NCBI GenBank assembly: GCA_034520945.1
Contig: JAXHNB010000005.1
Location: forward strand, 160,001 to 224,000
DNA from: Trueperaceae bacterium
GTDB taxonomy: Bacteria > Deinococcota > Deinococci > Deinococcales > Trueperaceae
DNA: 64,000 bases
Direction: 5' to 3'
The notes under the pieces were generated by a model that was not told the DNA's origin, searched no databases, and saw only the letters and a list, made by a program, of their open reading frames with translations. Below are positions 19,317 through 30,100 of this stretch, piece by piece. The translations under genes were made by a program, and so were the position numbers. The number at the start of each line of letters is the position of its first letter. The stretch's first letter is position 1.

Positions 19317-21031
19317 GCGTGAAACAGTTCGAGCGAAAGATCGACGGGGACGGGCGCCCCTACCTGGAGACCGATCTGCCGGGCGTGATGCTGACGCGCC
19401 TGCCGTTGCTGAACAAAGGGACCGCGTTTCCGCGCGAGGAACGGGACGCCTTCGGCCTGCACGGCCTGTTCCCCTCGCACGTGTCCACGCTGGACGAACA
19501 GGTGGCGCGGGCCGAGGCCAACCTGCGCGGCTTCGCCACCGATCTCGACAAGCACGTCTACCTGCGGGTGTTGCAGGACCGCAACGAAGTGTTGTTCTAC
19601 GCTTTGGTCGAGAGGAACCTCGAGGAGATTTTGCCGCTGATCTACACGCCGACCGTGGCCGAGGCGGTCGAGAAGTTCAGCCAGATCTACCGTCACCCGC
19701 GGGGGCTGGTCGTGTCGACGGAGACGATCGACCGCGTCGACGAACTGCTGGCCAACGTGCCGCAGCCCGATGTACGCCTGGCCGTGGCGACCGACAGCGA
19801 GGGGATCCTCGGCATCGGCGACCAGGGCTTCGGCGGCATGGCGATCTCGATCGGCAAGCTGTCGCTGTACACCGCCGGCGCCGGGGTGGATCCCGCCGTC
19901 ACCCTCCCCATCGAGTTGGACGTCGGCACCGACCGCGCGGACCTCCGCGAGGACCCGCTCTACCTCGGGGTACGGCACGCGCGGTTGCGTGGGCAGGAGT
20001 ACGAGGCGTTCATGGCCCGCTTCGTGAAGGCGTTCCGTGCCCGCTTCCCGCACGCGTTGCTGCAATGGGAGGACTTCAGCAAGCAGCCCGCGTTCGACCT
20101 GCTGGACCGCTACCGGGAGGAGCTCCCCAGCTTCAACGACGACGTGCAGGGCACCGGCGCCGTCGTTTTGGCGGGCCTGCTGGCGGCGGCGCGGGCCAGC
20201 GGTCGCGACATCACCACCGAGACCTTCTGCATTCACGGCGCCGGCGCCGGCGGGGTGGGGGTGGCGCGCCAGATCGTGAGCGGCTTGCGGCGGGCGGGCC
20301 TGTCCGAGCACGATGCGCGCCGGCGCGTGCTGGTGCTGGACTCTCGCGGCCTGATCACGGAGGGGCGGCGTGGCACGGACGTCTACAAGGGCGAGGTGGC
20401 CCAGGGCGCCGAGCGGATCGCCGGCTGGTCGTTCGGCGGCGAGGCACCCACCCTGCTCGAGACCATCCGCGAGGGGGGCGTCGCCGCCCTCATCGGCCTA
20501 TCGGGTCAGCGCGGGGCGTTCGACCGGGAGGTGGTCCAGGCGGTGGACCGCAACACGCCGGTGCCGATCGTGCTTCCCTTGTCGAACCCCACCAAGCACA
20601 GCGAGGCCACGCCGGAGGACGTGCTGGCGTGGACGGACGGCCGAGCCCTGGTCGCCACGGGAAGCCCGTTCGCCGACGTGGTGCGCGGGTCGACCCGGAC
20701 CGTGATCGGGCAGGGAAACAACGCCTTCGTGTTCCCGGGGCTGGGGCTCGGCGCGATGCTGTCCGACGCCACGCGGGTGAGCGACGGCATGCTGAGCGCG
20801 GCCGCTGAAGCGTTGGCCGAGGTCGTCGACCCCGCGCGCTTGGCGCAGGGGGCGTTGTACCCGCGCGTATCGAGGCTGCGTCACGTCAGTCGTCAGGTAG
20901 CGGTCGCCGTGATCCGGCAGGCGATCCAGGAGGGGGTGGCGCGCCGGACGTTCGACGGCGAGGACCTGGGCGAAGCCGTCTCGGCGGCGATGTGGGAGGC
21001 GACCTACCTACCCATCCGGCGCCCCGCCTGA
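19313..21031 (+). CDS. maeA: NAD-dependent malic enzyme
   Basis: LLNKGTAF, IYTPTV, ILGIGD, QWEDF, FNDDVQGTG, PLSNPT, QGNNAFVFPG; TTG start after GGAGG. Confidence 0.95.
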   Translation: MSVKQFERKIDGDGRPYLETDLPGVMLTRLPLLNKGTAFPREERDAFGLHGLFPSHVSTLDEQVARAEANLRGFATDLDKHVYLRVLQDRNEVLFYALVERNLEEILPLIYTPTVAEAVEKFSQIYRHPRGLVVSTETIDRVDELLANVPQPDVRLAVATDSEGILGIGDQGFGGMAISIGKLSLYTAGAGVDPAVTLPIELDVGTDRADLREDPLYLGVRHARLRGQEYEAFMARFVKAFRARFPHALLQWEDFSKQPAFDLLDRYREELPSFNDDVQGTGAVVLAGLLAAARASGRDITTETFCIHGAGAGGVGVARQIVSGLRRAGLSEHDARRRVLVLDSRGLITEGRRGTDVYKGEVAQGAERIAGWSFGGEAPTLLETIREGGVAALIGLSGQRGAFDREVVQAVDRNTPVPIVLPLSNPTKHSEATPEDVLAWTDGRALVATGSPFADVVRGSTRTVIGQGNNAFVFPGLGLGAMLSDATRVSDGMLSAAAEALAEVVDPARLAQGALYPRVSRLRHVSRQVAVAVIRQAIQEGVARRTFDGEDLGEAVSAAMWEATYLPIRRPA

Positions 21032-21035
21032 TCCG

Positions 21036-21578
21036 ATGGACCGGGCCGCGCTCCGGGCGGTGGCGTTGCGGGTCGCAGCCCTGGCGTTGCTGCTGCTGTT
21101 GGTGCTGGTCGCCGTGATCATCGCGCGCACCCTGAACCGGGTGCCGGACGCCACCATCCACCTGATCCGCTTCGAGGAGGACACGTTCACGCTGGTGCCC
21201 GTCCATCGCCGGTTGGGCACGCGCGAGCCGGCGGCGTTCGCGCACGCCGCGGTCGCGGCGCTGGCGGAGGGCCCCACCGCCTCCGAGGCGGAGGACGGGT
21301 TGGCCTCGGCCGTGCCCGAGGACACGCGGGTGCTGAGTGCCGAGCTGCGCGACGGATCGCTCACGGTGGACCTGTCGGCCGAATTCGAGGACGGAGGGGG
21401 CACCGCCTCCATGCGGGGGCGTCTGGAGCAGGTTCGCTGGACGTTGAGCGGCCCCTCGTCGGTGACGTCGGTACGGCTGTCGTTGGACGGCGCCCCGCTG
21501 AAGGTGCTGGGCGGCGAAGGCCTCCTGGTCGAGACGTCGTGGTCGCGGCCGCCGTCGGGGGCGTTGCCGCGTTGGTGA
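21036..21578 (+). CDS. GerMN domain protein
   Basis: N-terminal TM; GPT..E...GL.SAVP, VDLSAEF..GGG.ASM.GRL.Q. Confidence 0.9.
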   Translation: MDRAALRAVALRVAALALLLLLVLVAVIIARTLNRVPDATIHLIRFEEDTFTLVPVHRRLGTREPAAFAHAAVAALAEGPTASEAEDGLASAVPEDTRVLSAELRDGSLTVDLSAEFEDGGGTASMRGRLEQVRWTLSGPSSVTSVRLSLDGAPLKVLGGEGLLVETSWSRPPSGALPRW

Positions 21579-21601
21579 GGTCGGCGAAGGTGGGGACGGG
21601 C

Positions 21602-22996
21602 ATGCTGCGATGGTGCTGGGCGGGCGCGTGGGCCCGGCGGGCGGGCCGCGCTGCGGCCGCGCTCGGGGTCGCGGCCACGTTGGCGTTGGCCGGCGCGGAG
21701 GCGTTGCCGAGCGACGCGGCATGGACGGAGGACCCCGGTGGCCGGGAACGCCTGTTCTCACTGGTGACGGACCGGGTGGAGGCGCTGTACTGGGATCCCG
21801 GTCACGTCGATTGGGAGGCGTGGCGCGCGCGGCACCGCCAGGCCGCACGCGAGGCGGCCGGGGCTTCCGGGTTCGACGCCGTCATGCGGCGCGCCTTCGC
21901 CGACCTTGGCGACGATCACTCCCGCTGGCTCGGTCGTGACGGTGGGCCTGCGGAGGTACCGGAGGAAGAGGAGGAGCCGGTGCCCCTGCCCGAGGAGGAC
22001 CCCGGTGACGATCCCGGGGAGGACGGCGCGCCCGCGTCGGAGGTCGGTACGCCGGCGGTCCAGGGGCGGCTGGACGAAGCGACGGCGGTCGCGCACGTGC
22101 GCTTGGCCGACCTGAGCCCCGGCACGGCCGCGCAGGTGCACGCCGAGGTGGCCCGCCTCCGCGACGAGGGGGCGCGCGCGCTCGTTCTGGACGTGCGTGG
22201 CAACCCCGGGGGCGCGGTGACCGAGCTGGGCCTGGTGCTGGGGCTCGTCGGAGAGGGGCCGTGGATCGAGGCGCGGGGTCGCGACGGGGTGGCCTGGACC
22301 TTGGAGATCGAACGGGGCGCCTCCCTCGTCGCCGTGCTCACGCGCGAGCCCGGTCCCGGACGGGGCGAGGTCGTCGCGCGCGACGAGATCGCCGACTGGA
22401 CGCGCTGGGAGGGCCCCCTGGCCGTGCTCGTCGACGGCGGCACGGCCAGCGCGGCCGAGGCGTTGGCGGGCGCACTGGTGCGGCGTGCCGACGTGCCCGC
22501 CGTCGGCCAACCGACGCCGGACAACGTCGAGACGGTGCGTCACGTGTCGTTTCCGGCCGGACGGGCGGCCTGGCTGGCGGTCGGCACGCTTCGCCTGGCC
22601 GGCGGGGCGCCGCTGGCGCCGGTGCCGTTGACGACCGACGTCGGCGAATCGCCGTACGCGGACGACGGTTGGGACGCCGCGTTCGCGGAGGCGGTGCGCC
22701 TGTTGCGGGATCTTCCCGGCGCGCCGGGCCGGTGGTTCCGCGTTCCGGGCTCGGTTGTGCCGGGCCACGAGGCGGTGGTAAGGTGCTGCGGATTGCCCGA
22801 GGGTGCCCCCCCACAGGGCGCGCCAGCGCCGGGAGCGGCGAGCGAACGTCGAGCACGACACGAACCGTTTTCGGTTCGCGCCATGCACGGTGGGACGAGG
22901 GTGGTGCGCCCGACAGGATTCGAACCTGTGGCCTTTCGCTCCGGAGGCGAACGCTCTATCCGGCTGAGCTACGGGCGCCGAAGGTCCGGCCACTAG
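21602..22996 (+). CDS. S41 family peptidase-like protein; 3' end uncertain
   Basis: LGDDHSRW, LVLDVRGNPGG, VLVDGGTASAAE; ORF tail runs antisense across tRNA-Arg. Confidence 0.75.
   Translation: MLRWCWAGAWARRAGRAAAALGVAATLALAGAEALPSDAAWTEDPGGRERLFSLVTDRVEALYWDPGHVDWEAWRARHRQAAREAAGASGFDAVMRRAFADLGDDHSRWLGRDGGPAEVPEEEEEPVPLPEEDPGDDPGEDGAPASEVGTPAVQGRLDEATAVAHVRLADLSPGTAAQVHAEVARLRDEGARALVLDVRGNPGGAVTELGLVLGLVGEGPWIEARGRDGVAWTLEIERGASLVAVLTREPGPGRGEVVARDEIADWTRWEGPLAVLVDGGTASAAEALAGALVRRADVPAVGQPTPDNVETVRHVSFPAGRAAWLAVGTLRLAGGAPLAPVPLTTDVGESPYADDGWDAAFAEAVRLLRDLPGAPGRWFRVPGSVVPGHEAVVRCCGLPEGAPPQGAPAPGAASERRARHEPFSVRAMHGGTRVVRPTGFEPVAFRSGGERSIRLSYGRRRSGH
22861..22878 (-). terminator. Hairpin downstream of tRNA-Arg
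   Basis: CGAACCG-TTTT-CGGTTCG inverted repeat. Confidence 0.5.
22902..22978 (-). tRNA. tRNA-Arg(CCG)
   Basis: GCGCCCG acceptor stem, TTCGC-CTCCGGA-GCGAA anticodon arm, GGTTCGAATCC, encoded CCA. Confidence 0.97.
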
Positions 22997-23029
22997 GTCT
23001 AGCATCGTCATCTGGAGGAAGTCAAGCGC

Positions 23030-25222
23030 ATGAAGCTGAGTCGCCGCACCAACACCATCATCTTGTGGATCGTCTCGATCGGCCTCTTGGTCGGGATGGT
23101 CATCACCTTCACGCCCACGCTGGGGGCACTTACAGGCCACGGTCGGGGTCAACAGAGCGAGCCGGCGCTGTTCGTCAACGAGGAGCCCATCACCCAGGTC
23201 GAGGTCTCGCAGGCGCGCCAGTCGTCCCCGATGTTCAGCATGATTCGCGAAGGTCCCGTCGCCGAGGACCTGGACCTGTTGCTGACCGACCGCTTGATCC
23301 GTCAGGAGATCGTGCGCCAGGCGGCGGCGCAGCAGCGCGTCGGGAACGGGGAGGTGCGCGACGAACTGCAGGCGTTCCGGGAACGCAACGGCGTGGACGG
23401 CTCGCAGAACGACCAGGCCTACCTGCGTCTGATCGGGCGTGCCGGCTACACCGATCAGACCTTCCGGGACTACCTCCGGCAACAGTTGCAGACCCAGAAG
23501 TGGCAGCAGGAGATCGTCTCCGGCGTCGAGGTCAGCGACGCCGAGGTCGAGGCCTACTACGAGGTCAACACCGATGCCTACCAGAGCGAGCCGCGCGTCG
23601 AGGCCCGGCAGATCGTGACGGAGGATCGTGCGTTGGCGGAGGAGCTCCGCGAACGCGTGCAGGAAGGCGAATCGTTCGAAGCGTTGGCCCGTGAGCACAG
23701 CACGCGGCGGGCCGAGCAGGGCGGTGCGCTGGGCGGCGAGGAGCCCGAGCCGGTGGGCCGTCCGGCGTTCCCCTCCGCCGTGGCCGACGCCGTGTTCGGC
23801 ATGAACGGCCCAGGGTTGAGCGAGATCGTCGAGGTGGCCGGCGCCTTCTACCTGGTGCAGGTCGAATCGTCCATTCCCGCCGAGTCGCGCCCCTTGGAAG
23901 AGGTCCGTGACCAGGTCCGTCAGGACGCGCTGGAGGCCAAGCAGCAGGCCGCGGTGGAGGAACGGATCGAGGCGTTGCGCAGCGACGCGGAGGTGCGGTT
24001 GGCCGAAGGGAGCGACCTGGCGCTCGATGATGCGGTCGTCGCCCGCGTGGGCCAGAGCGAGATTCACGCGACCGATCTGGTGCGCGCGACTTACACCAAC
24101 CCGCAGATCCAGCAGGCGCTGAGTCCGGAGACCGCCTCGCTGATCTCGGACTTCTTCAAGCCCAGCATCCTGGAGCAGTTGGTCGACCGCCGACTCGCAG
24201 TGCGGGGCGCGAGCGAGTTGGACGCGACCTTCTTCGGGACCGACGCGCAGGTCGCCCAGATGGCCCTGGACTACGTCGCGCGCGACGCCGAGGCCACCGA
24301 AGAGGACATCGAGGCGTACTACCAGAACAACCAGGACCGCTACACGGTGGCCGCGTCGGCCGAGGTGGTGCGGGGGACGTTCGAGGACGCGGAGGCGGCT
24401 CGCGACTTCCGTACGGACGTCCTGGCCGGGACCGACCCCATGGAGGCCGCGTCCGAGGAGGCCGTGGAGGACCTGGGCGAGGTCGGCCCCGGCGATCTGA
24501 CCAGCGAACTCGACACGGCGTTGTTCGAGACCGACGCCTTCGAGCCGCTTCCGGACGGTGAACGCGGCGTGTCCGACGTTCTCGTCGTCGAGCGGCCCGC
24601 CCCGTCGTCCGACGAGGAGGGTCAAGCCGACCCGGAGAGCCAAGACGGCGAGGAGCAGGAGACGCCCGACAGCGACGAGGACACGCCGGCCCAGGACGAT
24701 GCGGCCCAGGACGATGCGGGTCAGGAGGAATCGGCCGAGGGCGAGCCGGCGGCCGAGGAAGGCCAGGACGCCGACGACGAGGCCGTGGCCGAGGGCGATG
24801 CGGACGCCGCCCCCGAGCAGGCCGACGCCCCACCGGAGACGATCGACGAGTACGTGGTGCTGGTGGCGGCGCGCACGCCGGAGCGGGTGCGCCCCCTGGA
24901 GGAGGTCCGCGCCGACGTGGAACAGGCCGTGCTGGCACAGGAACGGCAGCGGCTGCAACGCGAGTGGCTGGAGGGGCTCCGCGAGGACGCGGAGGTCGAG
25001 GTCCTTCTCGAATCGGCCTCGCAGCCCCGGACCGCCCCGAGCATCGAAGGGGACCAGCTCCCCGGCGGCGAGGAGGCGCCCGAGACGATCGAGGAGGTCG
25101 TTCCGGATGCCGGCGAGGACGCAGCCGAAGACGCGGGCGAGGACGCGGGCGACGCCGATGGCGGTGGAAGCGTCGCCGACCCCGATGCGACCCCGCAGGA
25201 CGCCGAGCAGGACCAAGAGTAG
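23030..25222 (+). CDS. SurA/PpiD-like parvulin PPIase chaperone with acidic low-complexity inserts
   Basis: N-terminal TM, SurA-N-like region, SFEALAREHS...GGALG parvulin motif, RPLEEVR repeats. Confidence 0.88.
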   Translation: MKLSRRTNTIILWIVSIGLLVGMVITFTPTLGALTGHGRGQQSEPALFVNEEPITQVEVSQARQSSPMFSMIREGPVAEDLDLLLTDRLIRQEIVRQAAAQQRVGNGEVRDELQAFRERNGVDGSQNDQAYLRLIGRAGYTDQTFRDYLRQQLQTQKWQQEIVSGVEVSDAEVEAYYEVNTDAYQSEPRVEARQIVTEDRALAEELRERVQEGESFEALAREHSTRRAEQGGALGGEEPEPVGRPAFPSAVADAVFGMNGPGLSEIVEVAGAFYLVQVESSIPAESRPLEEVRDQVRQDALEAKQQAAVEERIEALRSDAEVRLAEGSDLALDDAVVARVGQSEIHATDLVRATYTNPQIQQALSPETASLISDFFKPSILEQLVDRRLAVRGASELDATFFGTDAQVAQMALDYVARDAEATEEDIEAYYQNNQDRYTVAASAEVVRGTFEDAEAARDFRTDVLAGTDPMEAASEEAVEDLGEVGPGDLTSELDTALFETDAFEPLPDGERGVSDVLVVERPAPSSDEEGQADPESQDGEEQETPDSDEDTPAQDDAAQDDAGQEESAEGEPAAEEGQDADDEAVAEGDADAAPEQADAPPETIDEYVVLVAARTPERVRPLEEVRADVEQAVLAQERQRLQREWLEGLREDAEVEVLLESASQPRTAPSIEGDQLPGGEEAPETIEEVVPDAGEDAAEDAGEDAGDADGGGSVADPDATPQDAEQDQE

Positions 25223-25242
25223 GTCACCGGCGCGTCGTGCCC

Positions 25243-25275
25243 CTTGCGCGGCCCGGGCGTGGATCGCCCGGGCCG
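25243..25275. terminator. Long GC hairpin after PPIase gene
   Basis: GCGCGGCCCGGGCG-TGGAT-CGCCCGGGCCGCGC, perfect 14-bp stem with no clear U tract. Confidence 0.45.
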
Positions 25276-25305
25276 CGCGCCCGTTCGGGGTAGGCTTCCC
25301 TCGCG

Positions 25306-26841
25306 ATGAAGCGTGCCTTGCTCAGCGTATCCGACAAACGGGGTCTCGTCCCCTTCGCCCGCGGTCTCCACGAGGCGGGGTTCGCGCTGGTCTCCAGTGG
25401 TGGGACCGCCCGGGCGCTGCACGAGGCCGGACTTCCCGTCCGCCGCGTCGAGGAGGTGACCGGCCACCCCGAGATCCTGGGCGGGCGCGTCAAGACCTTG
25501 CACCCAGCCATTCACGGCGGCCTGCTGGCGCGCGACGCCGATGAGGATCGCGCCGAACTGGCCGCGCACGGCATCGCCCCGTTCGATCTGCTGGTCGTCA
25601 ACCTGTACCCGTTCGCCCGCGTGGCGCGCGACCCCAGCGCGTCGACCGAACGCGTCACCGAGACCATCGACGTGGGCGGGCCCGCCATGCTGCGGGCCGC
25701 GGCGAAGAACTGGGCGCGGGTCGGGGTGGTGATCGACCCCAGCGCGTACGACGAGGTGCTCGAGCAGGTTCGCGCCGGCGGCCCGGACCGGGCGCAGCGA
25801 CGACGGTGGGCGCGGGCGGCCTTCGCCCACGCCGCCGCGTACGACGCGGCCATCGTGCAGTGGTTCGACGCGACCGACCCCGACCTGCCGGCCGGCGAGC
25901 ACCCGCCGTCGCTGCACCTGACGCTGGAACGGGCCCAGACGCTTCGCTACGGCGAGAATCCCCACCAGCGGGCGGCGCGGTACCGCACGCCGGAGGGCGG
26001 CGGGTTCTGGGACGCGCTGATCACGCACAAGGGCCGCGCGCCGTCGTGGTTGAACCTGCTCGACGCCGACGCCGCGTGGCGGCTGGCGCACGCGATCGGG
26101 GACCCGTCCGCCGTCGTCGTCAAGCACGCCGACCCCTGCGGCGCGGCCGTGGCGGAGACCGCGCACGAGGCGTACGCGCGCGCGTTCGCGGCCGATCCCG
26201 TCTCCGCCTTCGGCGGGGTGGTGGCCATCCGCGGCACCGTCGACGCGGCGTTGGCCCGTGCGGTGATGGACGCCCCCAAGGCGGACGTGCTGATCGCGCG
26301 GGGGTACGACGCGGAGGCGCTGGAGATCCTCCGGTCGCGGCGCAAGGCGATGCGGGTCTGGGAGGCGCCGGCACCGAGCCCCCGCGGTTTGGATCTTCGC
26401 GCGGTGGACGGCGGGTACTTGGCGCAGACGCCGGACGAGGCCGGGTTCGATCAAAACGCCATGCAGGTCGCGACCGGCCGAGCCCCCAGCGAGGAGGAGT
26501 GGCGCGACCTGGCCGTGGCCTGGCGCGTGTGTGCGGCCACCTCCTCCAACGCGATCGTGCTGGCGAAGGACGGCGTGGCGCTCGGCGTCGGCGCGGGGCA
26601 GCCGAACCGCGTCGACGCGGCGCGCATCGCCGCGACCAAGGCCGATGGGCGCGCCCGCGGCGGCGCGGCGGCCTCCGACGCCTTCTTCCCGTTCCGGGAC
26701 GGGCTCGACGCGGTGGCGGAGGCGGGCGTCTCGGCCGTGATTCAGCCGGGCGGGTCGGTGCGCGACGACGAGGTGACCGGGGCCGCGGAGGCCCACGGCA
26801 TCACCATGGTGTTGAGCGGCACCCGACGCTTCCGGCACTGA
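25306..26841 (+). CDS. purH: Bifunctional AICAR transformylase/IMP cyclohydrolase
   Basis: [40 protein letters not shown]. Confidence 0.97.
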   Translation: MKRALLSVSDKRGLVPFARGLHEAGFALVSSGGTARALHEAGLPVRRVEEVTGHPEILGGRVKTLHPAIHGGLLARDADEDRAELAAHGIAPFDLLVVNLYPFARVARDPSASTERVTETIDVGGPAMLRAAAKNWARVGVVIDPSAYDEVLEQVRAGGPDRAQRRRWARAAFAHAAAYDAAIVQWFDATDPDLPAGEHPPSLHLTLERAQTLRYGENPHQRAARYRTPEGGGFWDALITHKGRAPSWLNLLDADAAWRLAHAIGDPSAVVVKHADPCGAAVAETAHEAYARAFAADPVSAFGGVVAIRGTVDAALARAVMDAPKADVLIARGYDAEALEILRSRRKAMRVWEAPAPSPRGLDLRAVDGGYLAQTPDEAGFDQNAMQVATGRAPSEEEWRDLAVAWRVCAATSSNAIVLAKDGVALGVGAGQPNRVDAARIAATKADGRARGGAAASDAFFPFRDGLDAVAEAGVSAVIQPGGSVRDDEVTGAAEAHGITMVLSGTRRFRH

Positions 26842-26968
26842 AGCAAAACCGGATGTACGACGCTTCACATTCGGGTCCGGGCGCGGCGGTCGCCGTCGCG
26901 GCGGTCGCGGCGCCCGGACGGCGTTCGTGCGCCCTCGCGTGCAGGGGTTGTGCCGGGCCGTGCGCCGC

Positions 26969-26984
26969 GTACCAGATCTTGTAT
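26969..26984. promoter_or_regulatory. NrdR box overlapping putative -35 of nrdJ
   Basis: gTACCAGATCTTGTAt resembles the NrdR palindrome; TTGTAT, 18 nt, TAGGCT (27003-27008). Confidence 0.7.
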
Positions 26985-27175
26985 CGGTGCGGGCGTACCT
27001 GCTAGGCTACGCGAAGCACCCAGGCACGGTGGCACCCCGGCCGGATTCATCCTCCGAAGGGCTCCACGCCCGGCCGTCGCCTAGATGCACCCGTTCGCGA
27101 GCGGCCGCCCAGCCGTGCCCTGTCGGCACGGAGATGCGTCGCCGTCGCCCGACATCGTTCGAGGAGAGAAACGCC

Positions 27176-30100
27176 ATGGCCGACACCCCCCAGCACGACG
27201 CCGATCCCCGGCTCGACGCCTTCGACCCCCACGCGATCACGATCGCCCGGCGGCAGTACTTCCAGCCCGGGGACGAGGACCTCGCGGGGATGTTCCGCCG
27301 CGTGGCGGCGTGGATCGCTGGGCCCGAGCAGGACCGCGAGGCGTGGACGGAAACGTTCTACGACCTGATGGCGGACAAGCGGTTCTGCCCCGGCGGTCGG
27401 GTCCTGGCGGGGGCGGCGACGCATCACGGAAACGTCCTGAACTGCTTCGTGCAGGACGGGCGCCCGGCCGATGCCGGGACGGACGCCTGGGTGCTTTCGC
27501 TGGCGACCAAGCTGGCGCTGGTGACCAAGGTGGGGGGCGGCAACGGCCTGTGCCTGGATCCGATCACGCCGGGACGCGACTACGAGGGACCGCAGGGAAC
27601 TTTGTACCTCACCATCTCGCCGGACCACGAAGATTACGACAAGGTCCGCGACGGCACCTTCATGGACCTCGTGCACGGCAGCTACGTGACGCGCGGCTAC
27701 CGTTCCGCCCGCTTCGTATCGTCGAGCGAAGCACCCGCAGGGCTCGAGGCCCAGCCCGTCGGCGACAGCGTCGACGAGATCTGGAAGGCCGCCGGCGACG
27801 CCGCCATGGCGATGCTGGACGGACGCGACGTGCTGTTGGACCTGTCCGGCCTTCGGGCCGAGGGCACGCCGGTGGAGGGCTCCGGCGGCACCAGCAGCGG
27901 GCCGTCCAGCTTCGCGGTGGAGGTGTTCGACAACTTCGCGACCTGGGCCGCCCTGGGCGGTGCGGCGCACGCGGGACCGGTCGCCACGCTCCGCTACGTG
28001 TTCGCGCCCACGCTGCGGGCCATCCGCCAGGGCGGCACCCGCCGCGGCGCCGGGATGGCGACCCTGTCGATCACGCACCCGGACGTGCGGGACTTCGTGA
28101 CGAGCAAGGACTTAGGCCGGGAGGAGGCCGAGGGCGACATCAGCACCTTCAACATCAGCGTGCTGGTCAGCGACGCCTTCATGGCCTCGGCTCGGCGGGA
28201 CGGCCCGGGCAAGGCGACCCTGAAGGACATCGCCGAGCACGCCTGGGCGACGGGTGAACCGGGCCTGATCTACGTCGACCGCATCAACGAGCACAACCCC
28301 ATGCGGGCGGCGTACGGCGACATCAAGAGCACCAACCCGTGCGTGACGGCCGACACCTGGGTGGACACCGACCGCGGCGCCCGCCGCGTCGGCGACCTGG
28401 TGGACCGCCCGTTCTGCGCCGTCATCGACGGCCAGGCCTACCCGCTCCGCTCCGAAGGGTTCTTCTCGACCGGGGTGAAGCCGGTGGTCCGCCTTCGCAC
28501 CCGCCGCGGCTTCACGCTGCGGTCGACGGAGGATCACCGCTTGGCGCGCGTCGTCTCGGCGGGCGCGGCGCGCACGACCGAATGGACCGAGGTGCGGGAC
28601 CTGCGGCCCGGCGATCGCGTCCGCCTCGGCGACCAGCGCGGCGTGCGTCCCTGGAGCGGACCGGGCAGCGACGGCGAAGGCTGGCTGCTGGGCCTGCTGG
28701 CGGCCGCCGGGACGTTCACCGTGGGGGAGGACGGCGTCGCCGATCTGGAGCTGCGCGGGACCGATCGTGAGGCGTTGGCCGCACAGGCGGAGGCGGTCGT
28801 CCGGGAGCTGCGCCACCCGTTCCCACGCCTCCAGCGCCGCGACGAGGACGGCGCGGTGCGGCTGGCCTCGCGCGCGTTGGGCGACCTGGCGCGCCGCTAC
28901 GGCGTCGCGCCGGGGGGCGTCACGCGCGGCGACGCCGTCGAAGAGGGCAGCTACGCGTTCACGACCGGCTTCCTGCGGGGCGTGTTCGACGCCGCCGCTC
29001 ACGGCGCGGGCACGTCGCTGGCGCTGGCGTTCACGGGGGAGATACTGCCGGCCCGCGTGCACCGCATGCTGGCGCGCCTCGGGGTGATCGCGAGCCTGCG
29101 GCCGGGGGCGGAGCCGGCGGCGCGGAACGCGCGGACCGTGCTCACCGTCACGGGCGCCGACCTGGCGTCGTTCCGGGCGCGCATCGGCGCGGCGGTGGCG
29201 CCGGCGCAGGCGCGGTTGGCGGCGTTGCCGGGCCCCGCCGCCGAGACCGAAGCTGAAACCGAGGCCGAGGACGCCGACGCCGTCGGCCGCTTCGCCGACG
29301 TGGTCGAGGCCATCGAGCCGGACGGCGAGGCGGAGGTGTTCGACGTGAGCGTCGATCACGTCCACGCCTTCACCGCCAACGGGATCCACGCCCACAACTG
29401 CGGCGAAATCCCCCTCTACGCCGGCGAACCGTGCGACCTGGGCGCGATGAACCTGTCCGCCTACGTGACGAACCCGATGCGTGGCCTGGACGGCTTCGAC
29501 ACCGAACGCTTCCGGGAGGACGCCGCGAGCTGCGTGCGCTTCCTCGACAACGTGCTGGAGGTCAACCGCTTCGCCCTCGAGGACAACCGCGAGATGAGCA
29601 TGAAGCTGCGCCGCTTGGGCCTCGGGGTGATGGGGATGGCCGACGCGTTGATCAAGATGGGCTACGCCTATCATTCGGAGCAGGGCCGCGCCGCCGTGCA
29701 CGCCATGATCTCCGAGTTGCGCGACGCGGCGGTGACGGCCAGCGAACGGCTGGCGGAGGAGCGCGGCGCGTTCCCGGCCTATCCGGACAGCGAGCTCACG
29801 CGCGAGCGTCGCAACGTCGCCGTGCTCACCGTCGCACCGACCGGGACCACCAGCATGCTGATGGGCGTCAGCTCCGGCGTGGAACCCGTGTTCGCGCCGT
29901 TCATCTACCGCAAGATCGGCGACGCCTACGCGGCGTTGGTGCACCCGCTGTTCCAGGAGCTCTTGAACCGGCACGCCCCCCATCCCGCCTTCGAGAAGGA
30001 CGGCGGTTGGGATTGGGAGGCCGTGGTCGAGCAGGTGCAGGACAATCACGGCTCGGTGCAGGGCCTGGACTTCGTGCCGGACGAGGTGAAGTCGGTGCTG

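Noticed and set aside
22740..22900. Structured ncRNA (SRP, 6S, RNase P) beside tRNA-Arg
   Set aside because: No diagnostic motifs; only a small hairpin
21758..25216. 1152-aa minus-strand ORF, and similar long antisense ORFs such as 28112-30997, 4902-6803 and 52014-53972
   Set aside because: Shadow ORFs opposite well-supported genes, expected from GC-rich codon bias; no recognisable motifs
25223..25305. ZMP/ZTP riboswitch before purH
   Set aside because: Lacks the GACTGGCG and GCCTGGGC consensus; only a simple hairpin and a -10 close to the start
27010..27175. Cobalamin riboswitch before nrdJ
   Set aside because: No GGGAA/GCCACTG B12-box elements recognisable
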